DNA of 63,581 nt, counting the filler, from Dugesia japonica (lineage: Eukaryota), in NCBI GenBank assembly GCA_001938525.1. It is 6 parts of 6 records of this genome, joined end to end, with 100 filler letters (N's around TTAATTAATTAA, not from the genome) between each part and the next. Parts side by side here need not be neighbours in the genome. Positions count along the whole stretch, not along the records: positions 41,488 to 52,886 come from MQRL01615380.1; positions 52,987 to 63,581 come from MQRL01617465.1; 4 more parts are not named here. One strand, given 5' to 3'. Positions 49,231-61,869 of the stretch are shown here, piece after piece (the first letter of the stretch is position 1; each line of letters opens with the position of its first letter). A program made the translations under genes and the position numbers. The notes below the pieces were generated by a model, which saw only the letters and a list, made by a program, of their open reading frames with translations, was not told the DNA's origin and ran no database searches.

Positions 49231-52200
49231 GGCATTTCCGATGCTCAATGTAGAGGAAATACTAGATAATTTGAGTGGTGCAAGATATTAAAGTACCATT
49301 GAATTTGGTAATGCATACTATCAAGTTCCGTTACATAAAAATTCAATAGAGAAAAAAAAAACATTTTCTACGAAAGATGGGCAGTATTGTTTCACAAGAA
49401 TGCCTTTCGGTATAGCTGCAGCACTTAGAACGTTTCAAGAATTAATGACAAAAGTATTAGGAAAATTGAGTGGAACAATGCTGTACATGGATTATATATT
49501 GATATTTTCAGAAAATTTAGAGCAGCACTATAGAATTTTAGACCAAGTTTTTAAAAGAATTCAAGAAACACTAATAAGAATTAATCCGGAATAATTTCAT
49601 TTATTGTGAGCAGAAGTCAAATCTTTAGGACATATCATAGACAAGAATGGAGTTCGAATTGATCCAACAAAAATTGAACTATGAAAAATTTTGGAAGACC
49701 TAAATGTGTGAAGAACTTGAGAACGTTTTTTGGGAATATGCAATTACTATGGACAGTTTATTAATAATTGCTCAAAGAAGACTGGAATATTTGGAAGAGC
49801 CATGTCAAAGTAATAATACAAAACTTATCTTGCCTCAAATTTTGGATAAAGCTTTAAATGAGATGAAAGAGCCATTAACAAAATCACTGATATTGAGTTT
49901 TCCAGATATCAAAACGATTTTTGTATTAGATACAGATGCGAGTTTTGATGCCGTCAGAGCAGTTTTATCGCAAATATATGAGAAAGATTTAGAACAAGTC
50001 ATTGCATATGTGTCACATGCATTGTCAGCTCATGAAAAGGGGTGTAGTAAAACAAGGAAAGAATTATTGGCTATTTACTATTTTTGTAACCATTTTAAAC
50101 ATTATTTATTTGGAAAAAGATTTTTGGTGAGAACAGATCACAAGGGAATTCTTTGGAATAGGGATCTTTGCAGAACACTCAACCCCTCCCGGCGGTCCCA
50201 AAGGATGTAGCTTACCTCATCGTGGTTGAACGAAGAAGGGTAGTCATTAGGGTTCTCTACGTTGGAATTTGGACTTTTTGCACCGTTAATAACAGTTATC
50301 AGTGATTATCCTTGGGATAACCATTGAAAGGTAAAACTAAAAACAATAGATAGGTGGCTAATTTGATCAGTCTTAAAACGTGTTATTAGTGGAGAAAGAA
50401 TATTGTTTTGTGTTCTATTTACTTAGATAACGTAATTCCTGAAAAAGTCTCAATAGATAACTAAGTGTAGGGATCTCGTTAGTCTGTGAGTTTGCGTCAT
50501 TGTTCGGTAAAGGCGGTTCTGAATTTAATCTTATTTATCCCTCTAGGATTGGAAAATTGTACCCTATGTATAATTTTCATTTTATCTGACATCCACTTTA
50601 GGAAGTAAATACCTAATGTACAACTTTCATCTTAATCGAATTTCAACCTGGAAAATAAAAGGAAATGGCCGTTAGTAAGTTCTGCTACAACAAAAACTTC
50701 AAAGCTAACCCCATCAAAACGAAGCTGTTTTCTTCTGACATTGGGATGCTGATATTCAGGGAAAACTAGCTTAGCCTTTTAAATGTAAGCATTCGGATTG
50801 GCTCGAATTCTGGCTTGTTTTTCTATGTCGGAATGACAGTTAGTTAGCTCTGCTACAGCAAAACTCCAAAGCTAACCCAAATAGAACGGGGTGGTCTTCC
50901 TCTGACACTGAATTTCTAGTGTTCGGGAAAAGCTGGCTTAGCCTCATCATAAGCAGGCTTTTGATCGCTTAGGATTGTTTTTGATGCTTTATTATACAAG
51001 AGTATCTTCTGGATCTATATCAGGTTCAGATACAAATAAATGACAAAGTAACGTAGAAGAAATTGAACAGACAAAGCATGATATAAAAAATAAAACATGT
51101 AAAAAGCTTCGATTAATGAAAGATATAATAAAAACAAAAGATGGCAAAATATGTATCCCGTTAGAAGAAAAAATTCTAATGGTAAAACAAATGCACAATT
51201 TATTGGTGAATGCAGACATGGAAAACGTGAGAAATTATTTGAAAAATGAATATTAGATGGAAGATTTGAGAAAACCTGTGTCAAAAGTAATTAAATAATG
51301 TTCAGCGTGCCAAATGAACAAGTAACAACAATTAGAACAAACAAGGAAACCATTTGAGAGTATTTATATTGATATCTGTGGGCCATTCCAACAAACAGTA
51401 GGAAGAAAAGGTATATATTTGCCATAATAGATAAATTTAGCTGATACATATACCTAACACCCATAGTTAAACAAGATGAGGAATTAATAAAGAAAAAGGT
51501 TATGGATAAATGGATACTGAGATTTGGTGTCCCAAAAGAGATACATGTAGATTGTGGGAAGATCTTCGAATCGCAAGNCTTCAAAGAGATGACAGATTCA
51601 ATGAATATAATAACTTGATTTTCAAGTCCATGTCATCATAATACGAACTGGATAGTAGAGCGGCAATTTAGTACATCATCCGAGATTACATCAATGCAAC
51701 ATTAAAATATAAAAAGAATAAAAATTGGACAGAATTAATACCAAAAATTGAATATACACTAAATTCAACAAGCTAGAAAACTTTGGGGAAAAGTCCAGCA
51801 GAAGTGATATTCGGTAAGAAAATACATAGAGAAAGATGGTTCAATAATGGAGTAAAGAATGAAGAATCCGGAGATTTGACACCAACAAAGAAACATTTTC
51901 AAGTTGGAGACGAAGTGCTAATCAAGGTAGAAAGCAGATCAAAAGACAAAGAAAAATATACTGGTCCACACGAGGTGATAAAACAGATTCATGAAAGACG
52001 ATATCTGCTGAAGATTTTAGAAGGCAAAATGATAGAAAGAAATGTGAAAAGATTAAAAAAAATTTAAAGAGGGAAATGTAAGAATGGTTCATAAATTTTA
52101 AATATTTGGGAAATTATTTAATTTNNNNNNNNNNNNNNNNNNNNNNNNNNNNNNNNNNNNNNNNNNNNNNNNNNNNNNNNNNNNNNNNNNNNNNNNNNNN

Positions 52201-52501
52201 AAATATAAAACGTTTTTTTAAATGCAATTTAATTTGAATAATTTGTATATATTATATTAAGCAAAATTAAAAAAGCATAAATTATTTTAAAAAAGTTATG
52301 TTTAAAAATAATTAAAAATATATGTAAAGTAAAAATAATTTGTAGAATTAAAATTGATATTTTTAAAATATTTTATTAAAAATTTCTGAGATTATTTTTT
52401 TGAATACTATGGATTATTCTTCATCTTTTTTCCTTTATCAAAAACTTGTGATAATAAATAAAAACTTATGGAGAGTTGTAAGATTTTGAATTTGACTAAT
52501 T
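49231..52501 (+). mobile_element. Ty3/Gypsy 3' half: RT, RNase H, integrase, PPT and 3' LTR (52077-~52501)
   Basis: AFPMLNVEEIL, RMPFGIAAA, DTDASFDAVRAVLSQ, VRTDHK, IDICGPF, RFGVPKEIHVDCG and YTGPHEV (GPY/F) motifs; PPT AAAGAGGGAAA then TGT; LTR matches 59850-60157. Confidence 0.93.
50144..51010. other. Unclassified ~870-bp insertion between Gypsy RNase H and integrase, with a ~170-bp-period duplication
   Basis: Gypsy frame breaks after VRTDHK; higher GC content; 50670-50778 is repeated at 50839-50945. Confidence 0.55.
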
Positions 52502-55500
52502 ATCTTAATTAATATTTGTAATGTTATTGTTTTTTATATTTTTTAAAAGTTGCTTGTATATACATGTACACACATGTATAATGAAAACAATAATTTTAAA
52601 ATTTTATTATGGAAAAAAGCTGTCAATAAATTATGAATTATGAAATTCAAATTATGAATTAAAAATAAATATTAAAATTCTTGGCAACCGCCAAATGTTA
52701 TTGTTAAGTAATAATAAGAGAGAGAGATAAGTAATGATATCAAAAATGTGTATTTCACAACAATGCTATGTGTATATATATTGGGATCAGGTATAGTAAT
52801 TACCAAATCGAACTTGTTGGTAATTATATCATCAAACAGTCAAACATATCTGATTTTTCAGGCATACATGCAAACATACAATTACANNNNNNNNNNNNNN
52901 NNNNNNNNNNNNNNNNNNNNNNNNNNNNNNTTAATTAATTAANNNNNNNNNNNNNNNNNNNNNNNNNNNNNNNNNNNNNNNNNNNNAAAAAATGCTAAAA
53001 ACCTTCTGAAAATTTAAGAATTTTGATTGGTCGATAAAAATGCATGAGAAATTTTAAGTGTTCTAAAAATTTGAACATTTTAATTGGTCGATAAAAATAC
53101 ATGAAAACTTTTTTCGATTTGAATTTTGGTTTGACTAATTTTCGGTCGGGAAGTTTGAAAATTTTAATTTTCGGAATTTAATTTTCCAGGGAATTTTTAC
53201 GATATGATTTCAAATTTGTTATGGTTTAACTTTGAATTAAATTCTTAAAACGAATAAAGTTTTAATTTTTTCAAAACATGTTTGGGTCTCACTATAAAAG
53301 TATTAGTGCATCAGCACACTGACTTATTTTATAAATTTCTCAGTAAAAGCTTATTGTATTGCTCCGAAACTGATAGCATTTGATGTAGAATAAAATTCCA
53401 AACATAATTTGTATAGGGTTTGTTGTATAAATATTCTTGGTTCAAGAGATAGGAAATGGCCAGGTACCATGCCCCACCTTGGATAAAAGAAATTGTTTAC
53501 TCTAGAAATACTTATGATGAGTAAAAAAATTTAGTATAGTTGAGCTCAAAATAAAAAGCTAAAATTTACAGTATAAAAATGTTTTGTTCAAGAAATAATT
53601 TATGATTATATAATTACTTACATAATTAAATTAATAATAATTTTTTAAAATATTTTGAAACCATTCAACTCAGAAGTAAAAAACTATATTATTATTATAT
53701 AAAATAAGATATTTTTGATAAAACAAGATTTATTTCAATAAATAGTTCATATATAAACACATTTGAGCTGATTAATATTGTGTTGGTTTGCATTGATACA
53801 CTAAAAATAATGAATTAAACTATTGAAATAATAATTAATAAAATAATACATTTTATTGTTTTGATCAAAGGTTTTATCATGAATCGTTAATTTTTCACGA
53901 AAAATATCAGCCAAGTCAACTTCTTTCTCTACTTTAACTGGTTCCTTGGAAACTGAATAATTAATATCTATATACTACGCCAAATAATTTTATCAATGAA
54001 TAAGTTTTTCACAATTTACTTTTCGTTTATATTATTTAAAATCAATTAATCATACACACATTCATAGAAATAAAACATTTTCATAACATCACAGGGTCAA
54101 GGTTTATACAAAAGGTAATAAATCATACATATTACATAATCTAGAGCATTACAAATCACGTACACGGATAAATTGTTACATTTTTAATATAAACTAAGTC
54201 AATATGTAATATTTTATTAAAGAATATGCAAGAATCGAAAGATAGAGCAGCAACCATTGGTTTTGAATCTAAGAAGACCTACTTCGACAAACTAATCACT
54301 TATTAGTTTCATGTAACATTCAATTTCATCATTACAATTATTAATTTTCATTTAGGAACAAGTAAATGTACTCCAAATCTAAATGTAGCTTGCAGTTAAC
54401 AAACATTAGCAAGTCTGATCAAACAGCTATCAATGATATTCTATCAAAATTGAACAATATCATGTCAATAAAAGATAGGGCTTTCATAGATTCAAAGAAA
54501 ATAATCATTAAAAAATGTAAGATCATAATGAACATACTAGGATACAAGAAAATAGGTAAAGTTACAAAACCTATTTGGGAGTTGGAAAAGGCAGAAATAT
54601 GTACGAAAGAAGTTATCTTTACCTAAGACAATCTTATGAAAATTGTAATTGATTCTGGAATGCTTCGGGACTAATACCATTTTAAGATGAATTTCGTCCT
54701 AAAGCCGATTATTCATGCATTTCAAGTAAAATTTGTAACTATTATTACTGTTATTATTATAATTTAGAAAGCAATAAATATAAGCATGCAAATATTAGAA
54801 ATCAGTTCAGAGGACAAGAAAATAATCAACAATCTTTTATCAAGAATTGACAATATGTTGAAAATAGATGATGCTCCATTTAGAAATGATAAGGAATCAT
54901 ATGATAATAAAATGTCTGAAATTAAAAAGGTTTTAGTTGATCATGTAAATGATGGTTTATATAACGAGAATAATTCAAAAATAAAAGGTAAAAAGCTAAC
55001 TGTAAAGAACAAGAAGAATTCAATAAAGAAGCATACAAAGAGGAAGCATATAACAAAGAGATATGTAAAGAAATAGTTGAGCGAGTTCTTAAAACTATCA
55101 AAAAGCTTTAGAAAGAAAATTTCAAATGTTAATGGAAAATAGGTCAAGATATAAACAATCTGACTCTTTGTATTTAAATAAACATTGTGGAATTTAAGCA
55201 AAGTCTTCCGCTTTTTAATATATTGCAAAATGTTTCAAAAGAGTCGACAAGGAAATTGCTACAGTTATTTCCAACATTTGTTATAGATGATTTATAAGAG
55301 ATAATTGTGAATGATGTTTGTGGTAATTTAATTATAAGTAAAATAAAAAAATTAGCATTACAACGTCATAAAAAGTCATTGCTTTCAATTGTAAATACAA
55401 AGAATAAAACAACAATGAGAAAAATAATTTATAAACAAAATGGAAGATTCCATGCTGCATTATTACCAAAAGCATAAGAAGCATTATATCTAGTATAGTT

Positions 55501-55567
55501 TACATAAACAATGGGTAACTTGCAATCGTTGTCAAGAATTTATCTCGAATTTATGTCAAATTGTTGA

Positions 55568-56604
55568 AATGGACAAAATCGAAGCAATATGAACATACCC
55601 AAAAAATCCAGCAGGGTTTTAAGGAGTTGATAAACTGTGGAAAGCAACACATAATTCAAAAAGCGAGACAAAAAGTGGTTATTGAACCAGTAAGCGTACA
55701 GTCTGAACAAGTGAATGTTGAAAAGATTCCCTGCAAGATCGTATAAAACCTTTGGTATTGATGATTTATGGCAAATGGATTTGATGGAAATGATACCTTA
55801 TTCAAGAATTAATAAANNNNNNNNNNNNNNNNNNNNNNNNNNNNNNNNNNNNNNNNNATTTGCAAGAGTTGTACCGATAAAATCAAAATCTGCTAATGAA
55901 ATGGAAGCTGCAATCAAAACAATCTTCAAAGAGGTACATCCAGATAATTTGCAAACTGATTTGGGAAAAGAATTTTATAATTCAAAATTCAAGAATATTA
56001 TCAATCATCTCAAAAAAACCAATGTTCTGTGTTTTCGCAATACATAACAGCATATGTTGAAAGATTTAATCGAACATTGAGAGATGCATTGAAAAGGTAT
56101 TTTGCACATACTGGTAATAAAACTTAGATACATGTATTACCGAAAGTAATCGATACTTATAATCATACAAGTCACAAAGGATTAAATGGAGCAAAACCAG
56201 TTGATGTATTATCTGATAATTCAATGAAATTATGACTTTTGAGACATAAACTAAAAGTGATCAGGAAACTAAAATTTAAAGTTGGTGGTCATTTTAGAAT
56301 CTCAAAGATATCAACTTCACCATTCATCAAAAGTTTTGATAGTAATTGGAGTGATGAAGTGTTTCAAATATCTAAAATCAATATCAAACAGAATTCAATC
56401 ATGTATGTGATTAAAGATTATGAAGAAAACATCATTGTTGGAAAATTCTATGAATAAGAATTACAAGTTAATACACAACCAGCAGTATTTAGAATAGAAA
56501 AGATTATCAGATCAAAGGGAATTGAAAAGTATAAACAATTATATGTAACGTGGGATAGATTTGAAAAACCAAGTTGGATATCAGCATCTCAAGTAGTAAA
56601 CTAA
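55568..56604 (+). pseudogene. Maverick retroviral-like integrase with C-terminal chromodomain
   Basis: IDDLWQMDLMEM, LQTDLGKEFYN, VERFNRTLR, YNHTSH, NWSDEVF, GKFYE and FRIEKII...LYVTWDRFEKPSWI motifs; stops and frameshifts. Confidence 0.93.
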
Positions 56605-56620
56605 GCCAAGAAGAAGGAAA

Positions 56621-57352
56621 TTGAGCAAAACGAATAATTTTTATACACTATTACCGAGTAATAGTTGTCCACGTATTCATGCCGATAATAAAGCAAGTAG
56701 ATTCATTGTTGCACTTGAAAATCCTATTTACTTGAATGAACAATGGCAAGTAGCCTTGATGGACTTTACCTTTATATATTCTGCTTTTCAATTATACAAC
56801 AAATCGTACATAAATATGTAACAGATGATGATTATGAGAGGAATGTAGAAATCATAATCAATAACAAAGAAAAATCATTTATGATTCATGATGTTGGTTT
56901 TGATGCAATTGATGAAAGATCATTGTCAATCATATTAAAACATCATAATAATGTTGTAATATTTGAAAATTTAGAAGATTTCAAAAGATTTCAATTTAAT
57001 ATTTAAGGAATAATATAGAATCGGATTCTAACATACAATATCAAGACTTTAAAAACGATGATTCGATTGATGTTGTGAAAATGAAATTAGTAGTTTCAAT
57101 AGAAACTAATAAATCTATATCTTAACAAAACAAATATTACATATCAAATTTGGATCAATTTCGTCGTTTCATCACAAAAATGTTCAACTATGTTTTCAAA
57201 ACACTTACTATAAAAAATGATGAACAATTTCGATTTTTGTTGATGGAAAATTTTAAAAGAATATAAATATCAATATTCAAAGTGATAGTGGAGAATTAAT
57301 AAACTTTGCTAAAGACTCAAGAACTCATTTAACTCCACATTTTTGGAAAAAA
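56621..57352 (+). pseudogene. Maverick minor capsid protein (penton), element C
   Basis: NNFYTLLPSNSCPRIHADNKASRFIVALENPIYLNEQWQVALMDF ... INIQSDSGELINFAKDSRTHL. Confidence 0.85.
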
Positions 57353-57900
57353 ATGTCTAATCTCGAGATTATTAAACTTTATAGTACTAGTCAAGCTGAT
57401 GGAGAATTGCCGTACTTTGTAGGAAAACAGTTTGGATCTGGATGGTTGCAAACAATTGGACAATTTACTTTGCTTCGCCTTAGACGTATTGGAACTATTT
57501 GTATGAAAACAGCACATTATGTAATAAATAATAAAGCAAAAATTTTACCCTCTCTCAAAACAAATGCTTTGACTGAATTTAAAAACTTTATGACTTTTCC
57601 TGAAGTAACGAAACTAAGGCCAAAGGACAACATTACAAATGAATCAAAACTCAAAGTTGCTGGAATAAAGGGTATGTATTATAAAGCTTATAAAGAGGCT
57701 ATAATTTGTTCAAAAACTGAACTATGTATTTTTGATCGTCCAACTTCTCAACGTGTTATTGAATATGGATTATTTTAAGATGTGTTTCCAATGAATTCAA
57801 TTTATGAAAGTAGAAATGATTTAGACATTTTTAAAAATGGATCACAACTTGATTATATGGATTTGAATGATACATTATTGTATGATACAAGTAAGAGTTG
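57353..57900 (+). pseudogene. Maverick core protein running in frame into the major capsid protein N-terminus (MCP from ~57673)
   Basis: QADGELPYFVGKQFGSGWL; then CSKTELCIFDRPTSQRVIEYG...FPMNSI...NGSQLDYMDLNDTLLY, matching the MCP CxKSELDLF..PPTQ and YxDLxxTxLY motifs. Confidence 0.85.
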
Positions 57901-58157
57901 TTGATAAATTATATTAAATATAAAATTTAATGTTTATTTAGAATGATGTGTTTATGAATGAGTATGTCCTCCATTAAAACATCATTAAAGATGTCCCCAA
58001 TATAAACCAGAAAAATTACGTCATTTAATATAATATTTACTAGCAGTTATTTGTCTTCTAACAATATATTTAAGATTTCAAAAATGATAATTGAAAAAAT
58101 CATTCATAGATTTAAATTTCTGAGAAATCATTCTTTAATTTTTATATAAATAATATT

Positions 58158-59850
58158 AAAAAATAAGTAACGCCATTTTAAATAAAACTTTATTATATAT
58201 TTCGACGGATTAACCGTCATCACAATTTTTAAATTTATGCGAGAATAATGTGATTGATAATTCTGAATTGAATATAATTGCGTGAATTGTTGACTTTTGC
58301 AACGGCTAATGTTTCGTTTCTGTTTACCAATGACTGGTATAAACAGATTGATGGAGTGGCCATGGGTTCTCTTTTGGCTCCGACATTAGCGTCAATTTTT
58401 TTGAATAAGCTTGAAGAAAGAATGAACTTGTATTCTTTGAATAAGCCTCTTACTTACAAAAGATATGTTGACGATTTTTTCCTTATTTTTGGTTATCGTG
58501 AACATGTTTTGCCTTTCCAGAGTTTTATGAATTCGTTACATCTTAATAATAGATTTACTGTAGAGGAGGTAAGAAATGGTATTTTGCCTTTTTTGGATAT
58601 TTTAATAGAAAGGAAATCAACACATTATCGACAGAAAGAAAAGTGAAACTGGCTTGTATTTCGATCTTGGTCGTTGTCCTCAACTTATTCAAATTCCATT
58701 AAAAGCATTGAATATTTATTAAAGTTACTGCAAGCAAATGGATACAATAAACAATTTCTAAATTCATTAACTTCGCAGACAATTGACAAAATATTGNNNN
58801 GTAATAATATTGATTTAGATAAAAAGACTGAAACTGTATTGAATAATTCTGAACCTGATAACACTGTATCAAATTGTATTGGGACATTTGTTTTATCGAT
58901 TCCTTATTCTGAAGGTTTTAAAAAGTTTAAGAATTCGATTCTGAAAGCTGCTTAGGATTTTCCTTTATTGAAAATTGTTTCTATTTCTCAAAAGATTGTT
59001 AATAGCTTTGTTAATAAATCCCATACACCAATTGGTTTGTGTTCTAACCTTGTTTATCAATTTAAATGTAATGGGTGTGATGCCACATACATTGAAGAGT
59101 CTGCCCGTCATCTCTGTACAAGGGTTCAAGAGCATAATCGGTTTTGTGGTGGTAGTAATATTGTTGAGCATAAAAAAAAAATAAAAGTAATTGCAATGCG
59201 AATGTTGAAATTTCAAATTTTAAAATTTTGTCTAAGCAATTTAAAAATTACTGGGAGAGAGTGTTATATGAGGCGTTAATGATTAGATTTCATAATCCAA
59301 GCATTAATGTACAGGCAACTCATTCGACTAAATTAATAAATTTTTAAAAATTTTTTGGATATAAAGTAATTTTTCAGTTTTTATTGAAATCTTGATTTAT
59401 TTTTGCAAAAATTTTTATAGTTTGTGTATTTTTTTTATTAAAGTGAATTTTGAAAAATTTTTTTACTACATAGGTTTTTATTTTATTTTATTTTTTGAAA
59501 TAAATTTCAATTTTCATAGATTTTAATAAATTTTAATATAATCTAAAAATATAATCTAAAATTAAAAATTTAAATATGTTGGTTAAACATCTTTGATTTT
59601 AAAGGTAACAGTAATAAAATATTATAATATAAAATAATTTTATTGAAAAGTCGTTAAAAATTTAAAAAAATTAAGAATTTTATTTTAAAAAAGTTAAGAA
59701 TTTTAGCCGTCTTATAATCGCATTAATCTTTGTTTGAATAATACAGACTGAATAAACTCATTTATTTCAATTTTGTCTGATGATGATTGTTAATCCGTCG
59801 AAATATATAAAAATAAAGTTTTATTTTATATGGCGTTACTTATTTTTTAT
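58158..59850 (+). mobile_element. Penelope-like retroelement (RT + GIY-YIG), 5'-truncated, with inverted partial pLTR
   Basis: YKQIDGVAMGS, YKRYVDDFF and LPFLDILI; NLVYQFKCNGCDATYIEESARHLCTRVQEH; 58158-58222 is an inverted copy of ~59781-59850. Confidence 0.92.
59770..59815 (+). ncRNA. Minimal hammerhead-ribozyme-like motif in the Penelope pLTR
   Basis: CTGATGA(59777)-stem II-GAAA(59800)-TATA-TA; stem II is perfect (GACGG TTAAT CCGTC) in the inverted copy. Confidence 0.55.
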
Positions 59851-61858
59851 TAAACATTTGCCATTGTTTTTTGCATATTTATATAATATTAAAATTTATT
59901 TTTAAAAAATATGTAAAATAAAATATTTCATAAAATTAAATATATATTTTTAATTTATTTTATGAAATTATTATGTAAAATAGAATATTTCATAACATTA
60001 AAAAATCGATATTTTTAAATTATTTTATTAAAAAATTTCTCAGATTATTTGTTTGAATACTATGAATTATTCTTGACATTATTTTTATTTTAATCAAAAA
60101 CACTTGTAATAATAAATAAAATTTATGGAGAGTTGTGAGGTTTTGAATTTAACTAATATGGCGACCAGCATATTATTGGGTTTGCTAAAAGAAGCCATGA
60201 ACCCTAGAATTCTCAAATTGGGCGATGATGTCGAAAAATTTATTTTGAAGAAAACGAAATATTTTGATATAATCGGAACAAAGAAAAGCCAAAAGAGTTT
60301 GTTTGTAGTTGCTTTCACAGATAAAGAACTGTGTGAAATTTATGAAAATGAAGACAAATCACTTTTGATTTGAACAAATATTCAGAAAGTCATTTAAGCC
60401 ATTGACAATGATTAAAGATGTGGAGGAAGCTCTAAATTATCGAAGGAATGGAGAGCACATAAATATCTATAAGAAGAAGATTGAAGGATTGATATAAAAG
60501 TTAATAGCTAGTAAATGGAACAAAGAGTATTTAACAAAATAGCTAATAAAAAATAGCTGCAACGACAGAAAGATTAAATCTAAAATCAAATCAGGAAAAA
60601 TAGAAAAAGTAGACGATGTATTTAAAGCAATAAAAGAATAGNAAGACATACAAGACGAAGTAAAAATTGAAGAAATAAATGTAGTTAGTAACTACAGAGA
60701 TGTCGTTCGCAGAAGCCCAGAACAAACAAATTTCCACACGAATCGTAATGAAGGAATGGAACAGAACAGAAACAACGTAAGAACAAAAATCACGTGCTAG
60801 ATTTTAGAAAAATGAATGCAATCACAGAAAGGACATAGTATACAATTTGAGTGGTGCAAGATGTTTATTACTATTAATTTGGATAATGGATATTATCAAG
60901 TTCCTTACATAAAGATTAACAAGTGAAAACAGCATTTTCTACAAACAATGAACAGTATTGTTTCACAAGAATGCACTTTGGTATAGCTGCAGCACTTGGA
61001 ACGTTTCAAGAATTAATGGCAAAAGTATTAGAAAAATTTAGAGGAACATTGGTATACATGTATGATATATTCATATTTTCAGAAAATTTAGAGCAGCCCT
61101 ATAGAATTTTAGACCAAGTTTTTAAAAGAATTTAAGAATCAGGATTGAGTATTAATCCAAAAAAGTGTCATTTATTGTGAGCAGAAGTCAAATTTTTAGG
61201 ACATGTCATAGACAAGAATGGAGTCCGAACTGACTTAACAAAAATTGAAGCGATAAAAAATTTCGGAAGACCTAAATGTGTGAAGAAATTGAGAAGCTTT
61301 TTGGGAATATGCAATTATTTTAGACGATTTATCAATAATTACTCAAAGAAAGCTAGAAGCTTAAAGAGCTATGTGGAAGTAACAATAAAAAACTTGTGTA
61401 GTCTGAAAATAGTGATAAAGCTTTTAATGAGATGAAAGAGGCGTTAACAAAACCACCAATATTGAGCTTTCCAGATATCAAATATATGTTTGTACTAGAT
61501 ACAGATGCAAGTTTTGATGCAATCGGAGCTGTTTTATCGGAAATAGATTAAAAAAGTTTAGAGCAAGTAATTGAATAGGGGTCACATGCAATTTCAGCTC
61601 ATGAAAAAGAATATTGTATAACGAGAAAAGAATTATTGACAATTTACTATTTTTGTAATCATTTCACGCATTATGTGTATGTAAAATGATTTTTGGTGAG
61701 AATAGATCACAAGGTGATAGTATTTATGAAAAAGACAAACAAGCCAACTACTCCACAATTTTAGACTTGGATGAATTTTCTTAGTAGCCCAGATATGGTA
61801 TTGGAATAAAGACAAGGTGCAAAACACACAAATGCAGATATGCTGCCGAGAATGAAAC
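59850..61858 (+). mobile_element. Ty3/Gypsy: partial 5' LTR, PBS (TGGCGACCA, 60159), gag and deleted pol
   Basis: LTR matches ~52270-52500; RT/RNase H motifs closely similar to 49270-50143. Confidence 0.9.
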
Positions 61859-61869
61859 TTTTTTTTCTT

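Larger units (their letters stand above)
52987..57900 (+). mobile_element. Polinton/Maverick element C (same lineage as B; both ends missing; left boundary uncertain)
   Basis: Core protein-integrase-penton-core protein-MCP order identical to element B, with clear peptide similarity. Confidence 0.85.
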
